From Selaginella moellendorffii (Eukaryota; Plantae; Lycopodiophyta): a stretch of DNA of 64,000 nucleotides. Within the stretch, counting starts at the first letter, position 1. Each line of letters starts with the position of its first letter. The position numbers and the translations under genes are program-made. Under the pieces are notes generated by a model. That model did no database searches. It was not told the DNA's origin and saw nothing but the letters and a program-made list of their open reading frames with translations. The DNA is taken from positions 2,922,559 to 2,986,558 of the forward strand of contig NW_003314268.1 in assembly GCF_000143415.4 (NCBI RefSeq), read 5' to 3'. This document shows, one piece after another, positions 51,316 to 64,000 of this stretch.

Positions 51316-54300
51316 TGTGAGACACAAATCTGTAAGCCCCAAAGTGGAGCCAAAAGGGTGCCATGTGGTAGTGGCCGAAGCAAAAGCCAAATGAGCGTAA
51401 CACGTTTAGACTAAAAGCTCCGACTTGAAAGGTCGAGAGCGGGAGTGGAACTCCCAACAAAGTGCTCGAGGAACAAGCACGAAGCGAGTAATAAGTGAGG
51501 CTCCAAAAAGGGACCCAAAAGGACCAACACATGACATGTGGAAGTGTCCAAGATGGACCTGAGTTGGAGTCCGAGATGGAGTCCGAGATGGACTGAGACG
51601 GAGTCCGAGATGGAGTCCGAGATGGACCAAGACAGAGTTCGAGATGGAGTCCGAGATGGAGTTCGAGATGGACCAAGACGGAGTCCGAGATGGAGTCCGA
51701 GATGGAGTCTGAGAAGGACCCGAGATGGAGTTTGAGGTCGAGACCAAGACCGGGACTGAGACCGAGACCGAGACTGAGACCAAGACTGAGACCGAGACCG
51801 AGACTGGGATCGAGACCGAGACCGAGGCCCAGGCCGAGACCGAGCCCGAGTTTGAGTCTGAGTCCGAGTCCGAGTCCGAGTCTGAGTTCGAGTTCGAGTC
51901 TGAGAGGGTGAAAGCCCAAAGCGTTCATCTCCCAGACCCTGGGGGGTTTGGTGAGCTCCAAAAGTATAGTAAAGGGGAGGACTGCAGTGGAGCCAGTTTG
52001 GCCACGAAAGGCCAGTTTGGCCCAGGAAGGCCAGACCCAGTGTTGGGTGATGAACTGACCACTAGGAAGTCCAAGATTAAAGTGAATACGGACAGACAAG
52101 CGGGGTAGCTTGGTGAAGTGTTCAAGAGCCGGCTCTAGTTTCCCCGGGAGATCGATTGGCCGATGCTCCCAGTCCAAGTGTGGGTGGCACTACCTACTTG
52201 GATACCTGGTGTGGCTCAACAGAACCTTGCTCTCAGCCCATGGCTAGAGCACCTAAAGGAGGAAGGTGGGGAGAGTACCTACGGGGCTCGCGTAGGGCCA
52301 CAGTGTTCCGAAATGTTGTCCCGAAATCCTAAATGGGGGAAAGGAGGAGGAGCAATCCTCTGGTGTAGTGACTACAGATACAATCACATGGTGAGGAAGT
52401 CCCAGAGGACAATGGGACTTAGTGGCCAGGCCTGCGGGCCTTGATCTAGTGGCAATGTTGGTGAACATGGCCATGGACAAGAAAAGGACTTGGTAGGAAC
52501 TGACAAAGGGATATTGGGGAAGGCTATTCCCCATGTCTATAGGCATCCTAAGGATGCTAAGGAGTGGATTTGGGTTGACCACTCGTGGACGGATGGCCCA
52601 GTCTTGGAGAGACGGGATTGTGATGCAAGTAGTATTGGACCACTAGTGCAGCAAAGGTGAATGGGCATGGCCTTAGTGTAACAGGCCGATATGTTAGTGG
52701 TACCTTTGGGTGTCGGTCTTGGGACCGGACACGTGGAGCACTTGGACTAAGTGCAAGGGATGAGTGGCATGGATGCCATCCTCGGGGCTAGCAAGTCCCA
52801 AGTCCTGAATTGGACTTAAGGAGGTTGTGAATGAGACTCTTCCAAGTGGTCAAAGGTGTGGTTAAGTGACTAAAGTGGAATGAAAAAATTAGTCACTTAC
52901 AACTTGGTATCAAAGTTGTTTCTTAGTTCGACTTTTATTGGTGCTCAAGTATATCATCACTAGTGTTGGCATCGAAAGGTCTTAGGAGTGGGCCTATTCT
53001 TGAGGAGTAGTAAGTCGGGAAGACATGGCTCTTCACTATAGTTCATGTGTGAACTTGTAGGCAAGGTGGTGGATAGAAAAGGGCCAATAATGGAACGACT
53101 TTGGGATCTTAGGAACAGTGTAAGGCTTTCCTCAATGAGTGAGGATGTGATCCAAATGAACATTTGATGTAGCAAACGGGCTAACATAGTTGTGGTAAAA
53201 AACTATAGTTGGGATCATGGGAAAGATGCAGACTCCAAAACAATAAAGGAGTCACAAGATTAACCTCATATAGTGAGGCTGGTGCTCATGAAATTGGGAC
53301 TAGAATTAATAACCGTGAAATGTCAAATACGGATGAGGACATGAGTCCTTGAAATGGTGGTTAGGGCTACCTTTAATAAATGCTGGAACAACCCAAGGAG
53401 TTGGGGGTGTATTTAAAGATGAGTTGCTATTCTCAAGACAAGTAGTCCTAAGGGCAAAGGTTAGCCCCAAAAAAATCATCAAGTATCGGAATAACACTTG
53501 CAAAGATGGTCCTTGTGAGTAGGACATGAATACAAGAAGTTGTATTCTAGCGAGTTGGCACATCGAAGACTAAGACCTTGCAGGTTGTTGGATTTGCAAA
53601 GTCCAAAATGCTAAATGAATCAAGTGGAGTCATAAAATGGTTCTAAGGGATTGGTTGAAGCATTTGGACTGAGGTGTATGGTGCCCCATGAGGTATGGGG
53701 AGGATCATAAGATCTAAGTATGAGAATAGTAGGTATCTCATTGATGGCAGAATGTGCCATACTGAAGTTGTGGGAAATATGTTCCCAGAAGAAAGCAACT
53801 TTGGCTCAGAGTTGGGTGCAAACACTATGGTGCAGTACTAACGGATAGTTAGCATGAGGAACAACTATATTGGTCTTGGCAAAGACCTAAACACTAAAAG
53901 TAGTGTTATAAGGATAGGCTCGTGGGGCCAATGGTGTGGAGACACTAAATGTGCCAAGGTGAGATACCTTGAGGTTATGTTGGTGGGTTTATAAGAACCC
54001 CTTGCCAAGGGAATCCCAATGGAAATGGGAATGGTATAGCTTAAGCTGAAAGGTATGCGGTTAGAGTGTGGTGACCTAAATAATGATGGAGGTGTGGAAG
54101 CACCAGTAATGAGTTGTAGGACTTGATAACTATGAGGCAACTAAGCAAAAGGTGCGAAATAATTGGTTAAATTGGTAGAAGGTAGCTACCTAAGACTTCT
54201 TATGGGGATAAGGAAGTTAAATATACCCTTATGGGGGAGAAATTGCTTATGTTGTGAAATAGTAAGTTAATGTCTTAAAGGGAATGCTCATTGCCAAAGA

Positions 54301-57300
54301 AGGCCATCATTGGGACACCTAAACACTCTAAAACACTAGGAAGAGGTGTTTGGTGTCGCAAGGGCATTAGATAAGGCCCAAGGGACTAAGTCCTTAGTGA
54401 ATGATGGATAGGAGGTGCTATCCAAATGTCCAAGGTTCTAGAGATGGGAGAAATCCATTTATCCGATTTGGACATAACCAAAAATGGGATTTTGGCAAGG
54501 TTAGTAATGGGCATATAGAGGCCCATAAGTAGCAATGTAAATCCCAGTGTGTAGGATTATAAAGTGAGCATGCCCAGATTGAGGAACCACTCCTTAAGCT
54601 ATTGGGTAAGTTCATCCCTATGAATACTTGCTAAGGCATAGTAAAAGGTGCAAAGCTATCCTGCTAGTCTGGAGGAGAATAACCAAGGGAAACATATGAG
54701 GCCAAAGGGCAAGTAATATTGGGATGGAATGGAACCATAAAAATCTAAAGGCATAACCAACGGTGGTTATGCAAGTTGGGAGTGGAGAATCAAGAGAGTG
54801 CTCAAGGATGTTACTATTAGCAACTGCAATGCCATGGAGAGTCTAAAATATGGAATTATCCATGCTAGACCATGTGGTGAGTAGGGAGCTTACAAAAGAG
54901 AAGCCTTAGCAAGCTAAGGAACAGAGTTCCTTGAAGGTTCTCAAAGACAATTCTAGGTAAATAAGTACCTAAAAAGACAAGTGTAAATAGTTCTTAGAGC
55001 ACGTGAAATCAGAGTGGCATAGCAGAAGCATGGTCTTGAAGTTGGCCATGAGGCGAGGCTATCAAGGTTGGGGAAGTAGTTCCCAAGTGTTCAAAGAGAG
55101 GGCTTTGAACGAAAGTCGATGATTAAGGACTTTCACGCTTATGCATGAACTATGTTACAATGGTCAGATGACTTGCTAAGTGAGATTGGCAAGTTAGGGG
55201 AACAAATCCCCTAGTTGAAGGTGCTAACTTCAAAAGGGTGGCCCATGGGGCTGAGCATGGAGGAGTCCATGCATGATCACAGACTTATCAAGTGAGAGGA
55301 CTTGGCAGTGCAGAGGAACTAGGTTTCTAAGCTGTGATTTATAGCACGCTTTGACTATAAGTTGGTGCACCGGCGTAGAGAGGCACGCTAGGCATCCAGT
55401 GTGATGCCATCCGTAGATGCATATACGGAGGTTAGGTTCGAGTCTCAACCCTCTAGTGCTTGGGTTTGAGTCCCAAATCACTAGGGCATGGTGATGGTTT
55501 GGAATATGAGGACACTCATATTTCGGTGGTCATGGACTCTCAGTGAGGAGACTGGTTTAGGCACACCGCCAAGCGAGGGATGCTTCAGAGTCGTGATGCG
55601 GTTAAATTGTTTAGAGTGAAAGCTCGGCATATCTAACTTGAACACTTCATGGTGAATGAGATGGGGACATTCAGTCTCAGTTGCTATGGATCCTTGGCTG
55701 GAAGGGCTGGCTTGGGTGCACTGCCAAGTGTGGGGGATGCCCCCAGGGTCATAGTCAACAACTTAAAAGGGTTTGGAAGACCTAGGTCCTATTGATAGAC
55801 CTATTAAGGGGCAAGATGAGATCATTAGGTGTGGCTAAATAAGAACAAAGTCTTTATTTAGGTTAAGGAATATGATTCCTAGTTCAAGAGTTTGGCAAAT
55901 TCTACTTGGACAAGTGGAAAAATACTCATCAAATACTAATCCCACAACCTAGCATTGGTACCTTAGTGTTGATTAGTGTTGATTTGAATTATTGATAATG
56001 GTGTGGCTTGGTCAAGGTGACCAAGTGGAAAGAACACCTAAGGGAAATGAGCTATGTCAATACTATGGCATAGTAAGTCCAAGGAAAGTAGTCTCTATAA
56101 GAGATCCAAGAGAGGGTCTCAAAAAGTTGGGCTGTGGATAAAGCCCATGACAGAAAATGTTAAAAAGATGTACTAGGGGTCAACACCCTCTGAACTTGGC
56201 AAAGCAAAGTGTTTGTTATGGAACAGAAAGGAAACCTCAAAAATGGAGGTAGCAATCCTATATTGCTAGGTGCAACAATCAAGGATAGGAGCAAAAGACT
56301 AGTGGCTAAGAAAAGAGCCATGGGAATCATGGGAAAGAAACCAAATGGCAAAGTTAGGCCAAAAATACTAACGTGTTGGGTGCTAACAGATTGTGGGAAA
56401 GGCAATGTTCCCCAAGGATGGATTCCCAACCGTTCCGATTTGGTGAAAGTAGATGCTCCAAAGGCGGGAGCGGTAATGTAGCCAAATAATAGGGCCGTGG
56501 GCAGCCTTAGCACCAATTATAATAACTGGAACTTAGTGCCAAAGGTAGCACGATATCGGAGAGAGGATGATGGTACCCTCAAGTAAAAAACTTCCTAGGA
56601 TGGGAAGTGAAGTTGCACAATATGTGCAGTGAAAGGTGTCAAAGACACCAAAGAAATTGAATTCGAGAAGTCAAAATTAAAAGTTCCAAAGTGAATTAGT
56701 TATGTCAATAGAAGTTGGGACTACTCGAGAATGAGTAGTGGAATTGAGTTAGAGAAGGTGTCTCTAACAGGTTTAGCGAGAACTAAACCAATAAAAAGAA
56801 GCAAACCACCCCAGGTGGCCAAATGAGTCTCTATGTTGGAGAGACTATGCCCCTTAGAGGATGGACAAGGCATGGTGAGCCTTCGGGGTCAAACCATAGA
56901 CAAATATTGGCTGGGTGCCAAGGGTGGAAATGGTAATATCTGCGGGTGTTACTTTGTGAAAGCGTTCACCGTTCAATGAGGACATCGAACTTCGTCTATG
57001 GGTGGTGGAGTTGTGAGACACAAATCCCTAAGCCCCAAACTGGAGCCAAAAGGGTGCCACGTGGTAGTGGCCAAAGCAAAAGCCAAATGAGCGTAACATG
57101 TTTGGATTAAAAGCTCCGACTTGAAAGGTCGAGAGCGGGAGTGGAACTCCCAACAAAGTGCTCGAGGAACAAGCACGAAGCGAGTAATAAGCGAGGCTCC
57201 AAAAAGAGACCCAAAAGGACCAACACATGACACGTGGAAGTGTCCGAGATGGACCCGAGTTGGAGTCCGAGATGGACTGAGATGGAGTCCGAGATGGAGT

Positions 57301-58553
57301 TTGAGATGGACCGAGACGGAGTCCGAGATGGAGTCCAAGATGGACCAAGACGGAGTCCAAGATGGAGTCTGAGAAGGACCCGAGATGGAGTCTGAGAAGG
57401 ACCTGAGATGGAGTCCGAGGTCGAGACCGAGACCGGGACCGAGATTGAGACCGAGACCGAGACCGGGACTGAGACCGAGACCGAGACCGGGATCGAGACC
57501 AAGACCGAGGCCAAGGCCAAGACCGAGCCCGAGTCCGAGTCTGAGTTTGAGTCTGAGAGGGTGAAAGCCCGAAGCGTTTGTTTCCCAGACCCTGGGGGGT
57601 TTGGTGAGCTCCAAAAGTATAATAAAGGGGAGGACTGCAGTGGAGCCAGTTTGGCCACGAAAGGCCAGTTTGGCCAAGGAAGGCCAGACCCAGTGTTGGG
57701 TGATGAACTGACCACTAGGAAGTCCAAGACTAGAGTGAATACGGACCGACAAGCGGGGTAGCTTGGTGAAGTGTTCAAGAGCCGGCTCTAGTTCCCTCGG
57801 GAGATCGACTGGCCAATGCTCCCAGTCCAAGTGTGGGTGGCACTACCTACTTGGATACCTGGTGTGGCTCAACGGAACCTCGCTCTCAGCCCATGGCTAG
57901 AGCACCTAAAGGAGGAAGGTGGGGAGAGTACCCACGAGGCTCGCGTAGGGCCACGGTGTTCAGAAATGTTGTCCCGAAGTCCCAAATAGGGGAAAGGAGG
58001 AGGAGCAATCCTCTAGTGCAGTGACTACAGATATAGTCACATGGTGAGGAAGTCCCAGAGGACAATGGGACTTAGTGGCCGGGCCTGCGGGCCTTGATCT
58101 AGTGGCAGTGTTGGTGAACATGGCCATGGACAAAAAAGGGACTTGGTAGGAACTGACAAAGGGATATTGGGGAAGGCTATTCCCCATGTCTATAGGCATC
58201 CTAAGGATGCTAAGGAGTGGATTTGGGTTGACCAATCGTGGACGGATGCCCAATCTTGGAGAGATGGGATTGTGATACAAGTGGTATTGGACCACTAGTG
58301 TGGCAAAGGTGAATGGGCATGGCCTTAGTGTAACGGGCCGATATGTTAGTGGTACCTTTGGGTGTCAGTCTTGGGACCGGACACGTGGAACACTTGGACT
58401 AAGTGCAAGGGATGAGTGGCATGGATGCCATCCTCGGGGCTAGCAAGTCCCAAGTCCTGAATTGGACTTAAGGAGGTTGTGAATGAGACTCTTCCAAGTG
58501 GTCAAAGGTGTGGTTAAGTGACTAAAGTGGAATGAAAAAATTAGTCGCTTACA
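51316..58553 (+). mobile_element. Family-2 non-autonomous LTR retroelement (element D)
   Basis: LTRs 51316-52901 and 57012-58553 (TG..CA), TSD CGGGC, tRNA-iMet-like PBS tggtatcaaag at 52905, PPT gggtggtggag at 57000; degenerate internal region. Confidence 0.93.
51545..51905. repeat. GAGATGGAGTCC / CCGAGA / GAGTCC micro-minisatellite within family-2 LTRs (also 46890-47325 and 57245-57560)
   Basis: Direct tandem 6- and 12-bp repeats; copy number differs among the three LTRs. Confidence 0.9.
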
Positions 58554-60961
58554 CGGGCAATGTTTCCTTAAGTCCAGAAGATGGAGACACAAAATGCCCG
58601 CCAATGCCTTCAACCTGTAGATCCCATATGGTAGGAGAAAGAGGAACGTGATGTCGGGCAGCAAAGTCTGTGTCCATGAAGTAGGAAGTTGCACCCGAGT
58701 TTAGTAGTGCCAGAGCCTTGAGTCTTGATTATCCGGTGAAAGAAAGGAGACATGGGATGCAGAAGTTGCAGGAATTGGTGGTGGCTTTGATAAAAGGTGG
58801 TGAGGAGCTTGATAAAGAAAAAAAGTGATTTTTATTCAAAGAGTCCAAATAGACAGCTCCTACTCTGTCTGGACAGGGTCGTTTCCCAACTGCAATAGAC
58901 TTGAGGCAGAGTGAACTCGAGCCAGCTATTTTGTGATTAGGATCAGCACAGTAGAGGCAAAGATTATGAGATACTTGATGTTACTTCTCAGCAAGACTCA
59001 ACTTCCCTCTGATGAGTCAGGGAGTACCAGAGATATCCACCAGGACTGGAGCAGTAGGTTCAGGAGTATGCCCCGAAGACTCAAGTTGGGATTCCTGAGT
59101 TTGGGACGGGAAAACAGCGGCATGGCCACTTTCCTGATGACGTTCAAAGAGACAATTGTCGCATCAAACATCTCTCTTGATGGCGTCCAACAGGTCTGTG
59201 GGATCCTCCATGGTGAGCAACAGATCCTTGACACCGTTGTTGAGGCCGAAACAAAATTGATCAATCAGGGCCCGCTCATCCCACTAAGTGTCCAAGGCAA
59301 GGAGTTGGAACTCTGCAGCATAGATTGAGGCAGGACAAGACCCCTGAGAGAGACATCTCATCTTTGTAGTGGCAGCCCGAACCTAATCCATCTTGCGGAA
59401 ACATGCTTTGAGCTTCCTTTTAAATAATTGAAGATCCATCAGCTCCGAAACCACGACCCCTTTCATGCTCTTCTCCAGGAGAGGAGAAAACCGTGACAAA
59501 GTTGCATTTTCAAGTAACATCCCAATCGCACCCATTTGAGACTCGAGAGTGGGGTACCGCTGTTTTTGAAGTGCAAAGATCAACTCCAATTGGTTCATGA
59601 ATCTGCGAAGCTCCGAACGCTTGCCTGAGAACTTCACCGGGAAACTCACCTTTGGTTCAAGAACTCTGCTTGATCCTTGAGCCGAAAGTGAAGCAAGTTC
59701 TTGTTGCATGTGAAGAAGGGTCGCCTTTAGCTTGGTATTCTCAGACTGGATTTTTGCATGGACTTTGGCAAAGAAATCAGGATGGCTTGGAGACTCCATC
59801 GGCAAAGAAGAAAGAAAAGGGGGGGGAAAAGGCAAAGGCAGTCAAACAATCTAAAGCAAAAGCAAAAAAACATAATCTGAATCAAATTGTCAAGACCCCT
59901 AACAAGATCAAAATTGGAAAATGCAGAAGACAAAGAGAAAAGCTACTGGAAATGAAGAAGAGGCTTTAGGCTGGCCTTGATTCAGATTGTGGAGAAATGG
60001 AACAAGGCTAACCTATATATACTATAGGTTGATGAAGCTCCACCACTCTTAGATCGAGGACGGCCTAAATATAGCTGTAGTCAAGGAAGTGCCATGTCAT
60101 CATCAAGAATGTGGTTCGAGACTTAGGAATCATACGGGAAATTAGAGAGTTAGGAATAGAGAAGTGTCTCGAGAGTCAGGAATATGGTCTGCAGGTCAGG
60201 AATCCGACGAGAGTCAGGAATATGACAAGAATTAGGGGATTCCTGACAAAAACAACATTAAACGTGCACTCTCAGAGAAGCTAAAAAAATTACAAGCATG
60301 AATGCCCGATGCTACTCTTGGGCCATCTGCCTCATAGGTGACTCCATCGCAAAACTTGAAACCATTTGCTATGCTCCATGATTTGCAAAACTTGCCATAG
60401 AGAGCTCCACCACCAATGTGCTTCCAGTGCCAAAACACAATAAAACTCCAACTCGTAGCTCTATGCAAGATATTAACATTTTCCAACTTAAGGCTGGAGT
60501 GTGCTATCTTGCCTTCTACACAAGACAAGTGCGCTACCTCATCTTTAAGAGAGTCCTAGCCTTGTAATAAGGATTAAAGAAAGGGCACAAACCTCCTTCT
60601 AGAGAAGTAAACTCCAAATCATGTGTTGGAAAAGAAATGTATTGTAGCGCACCTGAATTTGGAGCCAAACTCCAAGCCCGTTGCACTACGAAACGAGGGT
60701 CCGGTACAATCCCACGAGCACCAGCTCCCCGTATCCAGCACCTGCACGCAAAATGGTGTCAGACGGAGTCTGGCATAATTTTGGCATACCGGTGGCCTAA
60801 CGCGAGGAGGAGGGTACTCCACCGACTAGAGTAGCATGGAGCTTGGGCTTAGACCCAAGCCGGACACAAAACAAGGAGTGACATAGCCCAGCGGGAGTCA
60901 AACTAATGTCTCAGGTGGTCGGACATGCATTCTAACCACTATCCCTACTATACATTTGGGA

Positions 60962-60986
60962 CCCCCCCCCCCCCCCCCCCCCCCCC
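60962..60986. repeat. 25-nt poly(C) tract within LTR-like debris
   Basis: Seen directly; adjacent cgctttgggctttcaccc is the reverse complement of a family-2 LTR motif. Confidence 0.85.
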
Positions 60987-63103
60987 TTGAGGGACACACG
61001 CTTTGGGCTTTCACCCCAAGCCACCCTTAGTACCAGGAGTTAGTCTCTGGGACAAGCTCGAAACTTACTAAATATGGAATGGCCTTAGATTGCGAATTTG
61101 GACACGGGACGAACACCATTGTATTCAGGCTGACCTCTACATTCCGTAGATATGCCAAATGAGCTAATCTAGACACTTTCCATAAATAGCATTTGGGATC
61201 GAAATGAGACTAACACAAAGGGCGTGATAGCAAGGGTGTTTGGCAGACACAGTAAGCTATCATCCAGCGATATTGAGGGACTAGTCTCAATACGCGAGGG
61301 TTCTTGCCAAGTTAGTGCAAGACAGAGCAAAATAGAACTAACAAGCCGGGCCAAGTATGTTTGGCTAAATAGACACTTAGGAATTCCTTCCTTATGCTTA
61401 TTCGGCCAAGTACAGATTCTAAGTCCAGTTTACTAACACTTGGACAAAAGGGGTTAATAAAGGGAACCAGCAGTACTGACCTCCTGCCATCGTGGTAGTA
61501 AGAAAAGAGTGTTTGTAAGGACTGGCTGACAAGTATCTTTTGATACCCGAAGTCACATTCGTGACATGTATAAATCCCTTACGCATGTAGCATCGAATCA
61601 ACCCCATTTGCCATTGGCCTCAATTGTGGCAACAATCTTTGCCACTAGATCTAAAAATCCTCCCTTTCTGATCTTTTGAGAAGAAAAATATTTTACTAGG
61701 GTAAAAAACTTGTATAAATGAAAGGTCTAGCTTTTCCCATACTAAATGTTTCCTTTTGCAATGCAGCAACCAAGATTTTTCTATAGCACAATCAATTAGG
61801 CACAACTTACACTTCCATAGTTGTTTATGTGGGGCTTTTGAATTCCTCACAATTAACCACACAAAAAAGAAGTATATTAAAGCCTAGAGATAAGAAATTC
61901 AATCTTTATCTTTACCTTTTCTTAAATTGATATCTTTGGAAGGAAAATCAACCTATAGGCAATCATAGTGTGGGAGATCCAAATCATTATCATCATAACC
62001 ATTCCATATTCCAGCTAGGGAAGTTGATTCTCACAAAACCCTACTCTAATGAGCTCACTAAGGGTGCAGTTAAGTTGTATTTAAATGAGTATATTCATGA
62101 TTTACCATAATTTTTTTAATTGTAATCCAGTTTGTTTCTCTTAAACTAGTATACAGTTAATCTAGCATAATTTCAAAGTACATGCATATAATATCTTTAT
62201 CAATAATATTTACTTAGCAATTCTTTTTTTTCACTTTGGGAATATATTAGTGTTCTAAATATATAGTATATGCTGTATAGTATTGTGTGTATATATATAT
62301 ATACATATAAAAATATCAAAAGAAAAAAATTGTATAAAATTATTGATTTTTGTACTAGCATTTGCTGGGCAATATGCACTAAAGGTGATTCTACATTGCA
62401 GGGAATTGGCTCTAGTCTACTAGTATGGACATCATATATTAACCTAATATCTACTAGGACAAATAAGATTGGGTTATCCACCAAAACACCTCATTTGTTA
62501 GTGACATTCAATCAAAGAGTGTTTTTGTTTTGATCCCAGGTTCCTAGGCTCGTTTACCGAGATTCCCAAGATTGTCCTTTGTTGAATGTTTGCATAAACT
62601 CCCGCCCGCCAGAATTTATCTGTGTGTTAGGCGGGGACAAGTGCTAGCGACAGAGAGATGATGGACGGAGACAAAGACAAAGTAGACGTGAGCATACATC
62701 ACAAGCACATCCTGCTATGACATTCTCAAATATATGAGTATATATTTTTGGATGCTGAAGTGTGTTCAGATAGATGAGAAATAAATTCTTAAGAGTGAAG
62801 AATACTTGGTTACAAATATACTTATTCTATGAATATATTGTAGTTTAAAGAATGAAATACTAATAAAAAGGAGATACTGGGAGATTCTTCAATTAGAAAG
62901 GAGATATTCAGATATTCTGGGAGTTTCTTATTCACCACATGACGACGAACACAAAAAGAAGCTCTGCTGCAAAGCTACAAACTTAGGACAAAGAGAATGG
63001 AGTTTCATCGATCGATCGAGGAAACTCCTCTTGATTCTGAGAGAAACAGCTAAAGGGAATGGAAATCGCTGCAGAGCTGGCTCGGATGCTTAGCCGGAAG
63101 ATC

Positions 63104-63568
63104 TTACGAAGCCTTGGCTGCGTCCTGCAAGTAGCGGCTGATATCACCGCCAGTGCCCTGCGTCTTCTCGCTCAAATGGTGCGCGGACTCAGCTATCCTC
63201 CTCCTCACCGTGTCGATCTTGTCCGAGCCTGGAGGGTGTCCGCCGCGCATGTACTGGTAGAGCCACGACACCGCAGAACAAAACACCGCAAACATCCCGG
63301 TGCCGATCACGAAGAGCGTGCCAAGCGGCACCAGCACGGGGCTAAAGAAGAGCAGGAAGGGCGAGGCGATGATAAAGCCCACCACCGTCACGGTGATCAC
63401 TGTGCCCGCCAGCGCTAACGCCGCCAGAATCCCCAGAGCCTTTGTAGCGCGAGGAGCCGAGGATTTGCCCCTCTGGATCACCTCCTTGGACTTGTCGCGC
63501 GTCGCCTCCACGGCGCGGCCGCTCTTGTCGCGCGCCTGCTCGGCCGCTCGCCCAGCTTGATCAGCCAT
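63104..63568 (-). CDS. Oleosin
   Basis: Long hydrophobic hairpin with proline knot PFLLFFSPVLVP, then SWLYQYMRGGHPPGSDKID..RRRI; intronless. Confidence 0.95.
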   Translation of the reverse strand: MADQAGRAAEQARDKSGRAVEATRDKSKEVIQRGKSSAPRATKALGILAALALAGTVITVTVVGFIIASPFLLFFSPVLVPLGTLFVIGTGMFAVFCSAVSWLYQYMRGGHPPGSDKIDTVRRRIAESAHHLSEKTQGTGGDISRYLQDAAKAS

Positions 63569-63692
63569 GGCAGTACTGTGATAAAAGTGAGTGATTGATC
63601 GATGGAATGAGCGCGCACAAGCGATAGAGAGAGAGAGCCCAAGAACAAGCGTGAGGAACGGGGCGATTCGTGGAGCTTTTAAACTTGGGGAG

Positions 63693-63810
63693 TGCATGGA
63701 GAGCGGTCTTGCCGCGGTGACACTTGGCAGGTGCCCCACACATAGGGCATCTGCCAGGTCAGCGCCACATGTCTCTCTGGCATCTCGCCACGCCAACTCA
63801 CCTGACACGT
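63693..63810 (-). promoter_or_regulatory. RY motif (CATGCA, 63693-63698) and ABRE (ACGTGTC, 63804-63810) upstream of oleosin
   Basis: Motifs seen 125-240 bp upstream of the ATG. Confidence 0.5.
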
Positions 63811-63940
63811 CACTTGCCACACATGCTAGGGCTGAGTCAGCAACTATGATATAAAAGTGCAATAAAGCAAGCCATAGAAAAGGAATAGATTATAACTCGC
63901 CGAGCAAAAACTAGGGTTCTTCGCGCAGGGGCTCTGATCG

Positions 63941-64000
63941 ATGGCGGCCATGGATCCCGATCAGGTGTCGCGGGCATTCGTGGATCACTACTACAACACA
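63941..64000 (+). CDS. NTF2: Nuclear transport factor 2, 5' end (truncated by window)
   Basis: (MAA)MDPDQVSRAFVDHYYNT matches the plant NTF2 N-terminus. Confidence 0.85.
   Translation, partial: MAAMDPDQVSRAFVDHYYNT

Larger units (their letters stand above)
48289..60248 (-). mobile_element. Older degenerate copy of the family-1 chromovirus (element C), interrupted by element D
   Basis: LTRs 59888-60248 and truncated 48289-48639; near-TSD AAAAT/AAAAC; gag/pol homologous to A; chromodomain and PPT deleted. Confidence 0.92.

Noticed and set aside
46693-57830. Long ORFs with LGLGLG / ETETE / MESEMD repeats in family-2 LTRs
   Set aside because: They arise from 6- and 12-bp tandem repeats that lack stops; frames shift between the three LTR copies.
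61620-61862. C2H2/BED-like pattern WKCKLC...HCKRKH
   Set aside because: Isolated motif in AT-rich debris with no supportable gene model.

Overview
Eukaryotic land-plant nuclear DNA with very short (~50-90 bp) GT-AG introns and tightly packed genes. These features, plus PLS-PPR relics and a Tcn1-like chromovirus, suggest the lycophyte Selaginella (inference). The left 39 kb holds about 12 intact spliced or intronless genes: an ethylene receptor, an ARID-like protein, a mini zinc finger, an ABC1 kinase, a CCR-like reductase, a SNAPC5-like protein, LCB2, SPX, a dirigent, a thylakoid signal peptidase, kanadaptin and NOC2. Among them are deletion-riddled shadow copies of neighbouring genes and relics of Harbinger, PPR, gag, Crinkler-like NTPase and Copia sequences. 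The 41-60 kb interval is a stack of two LTR retrotransposon families nested reciprocally inside each other. Family 1 is a chromovirus with no tRNA primer site; its PBS is instead a 15-nt complement of its own predicted transcript 5' end (Tf1/sushi-type self-priming). It also has a PEG10-type GGGAAAC -1 frameshift, and both copies share the same amber codon in RNase H. An oleosin gene and the start of NTF2 close the window. All exon models were read by eye.
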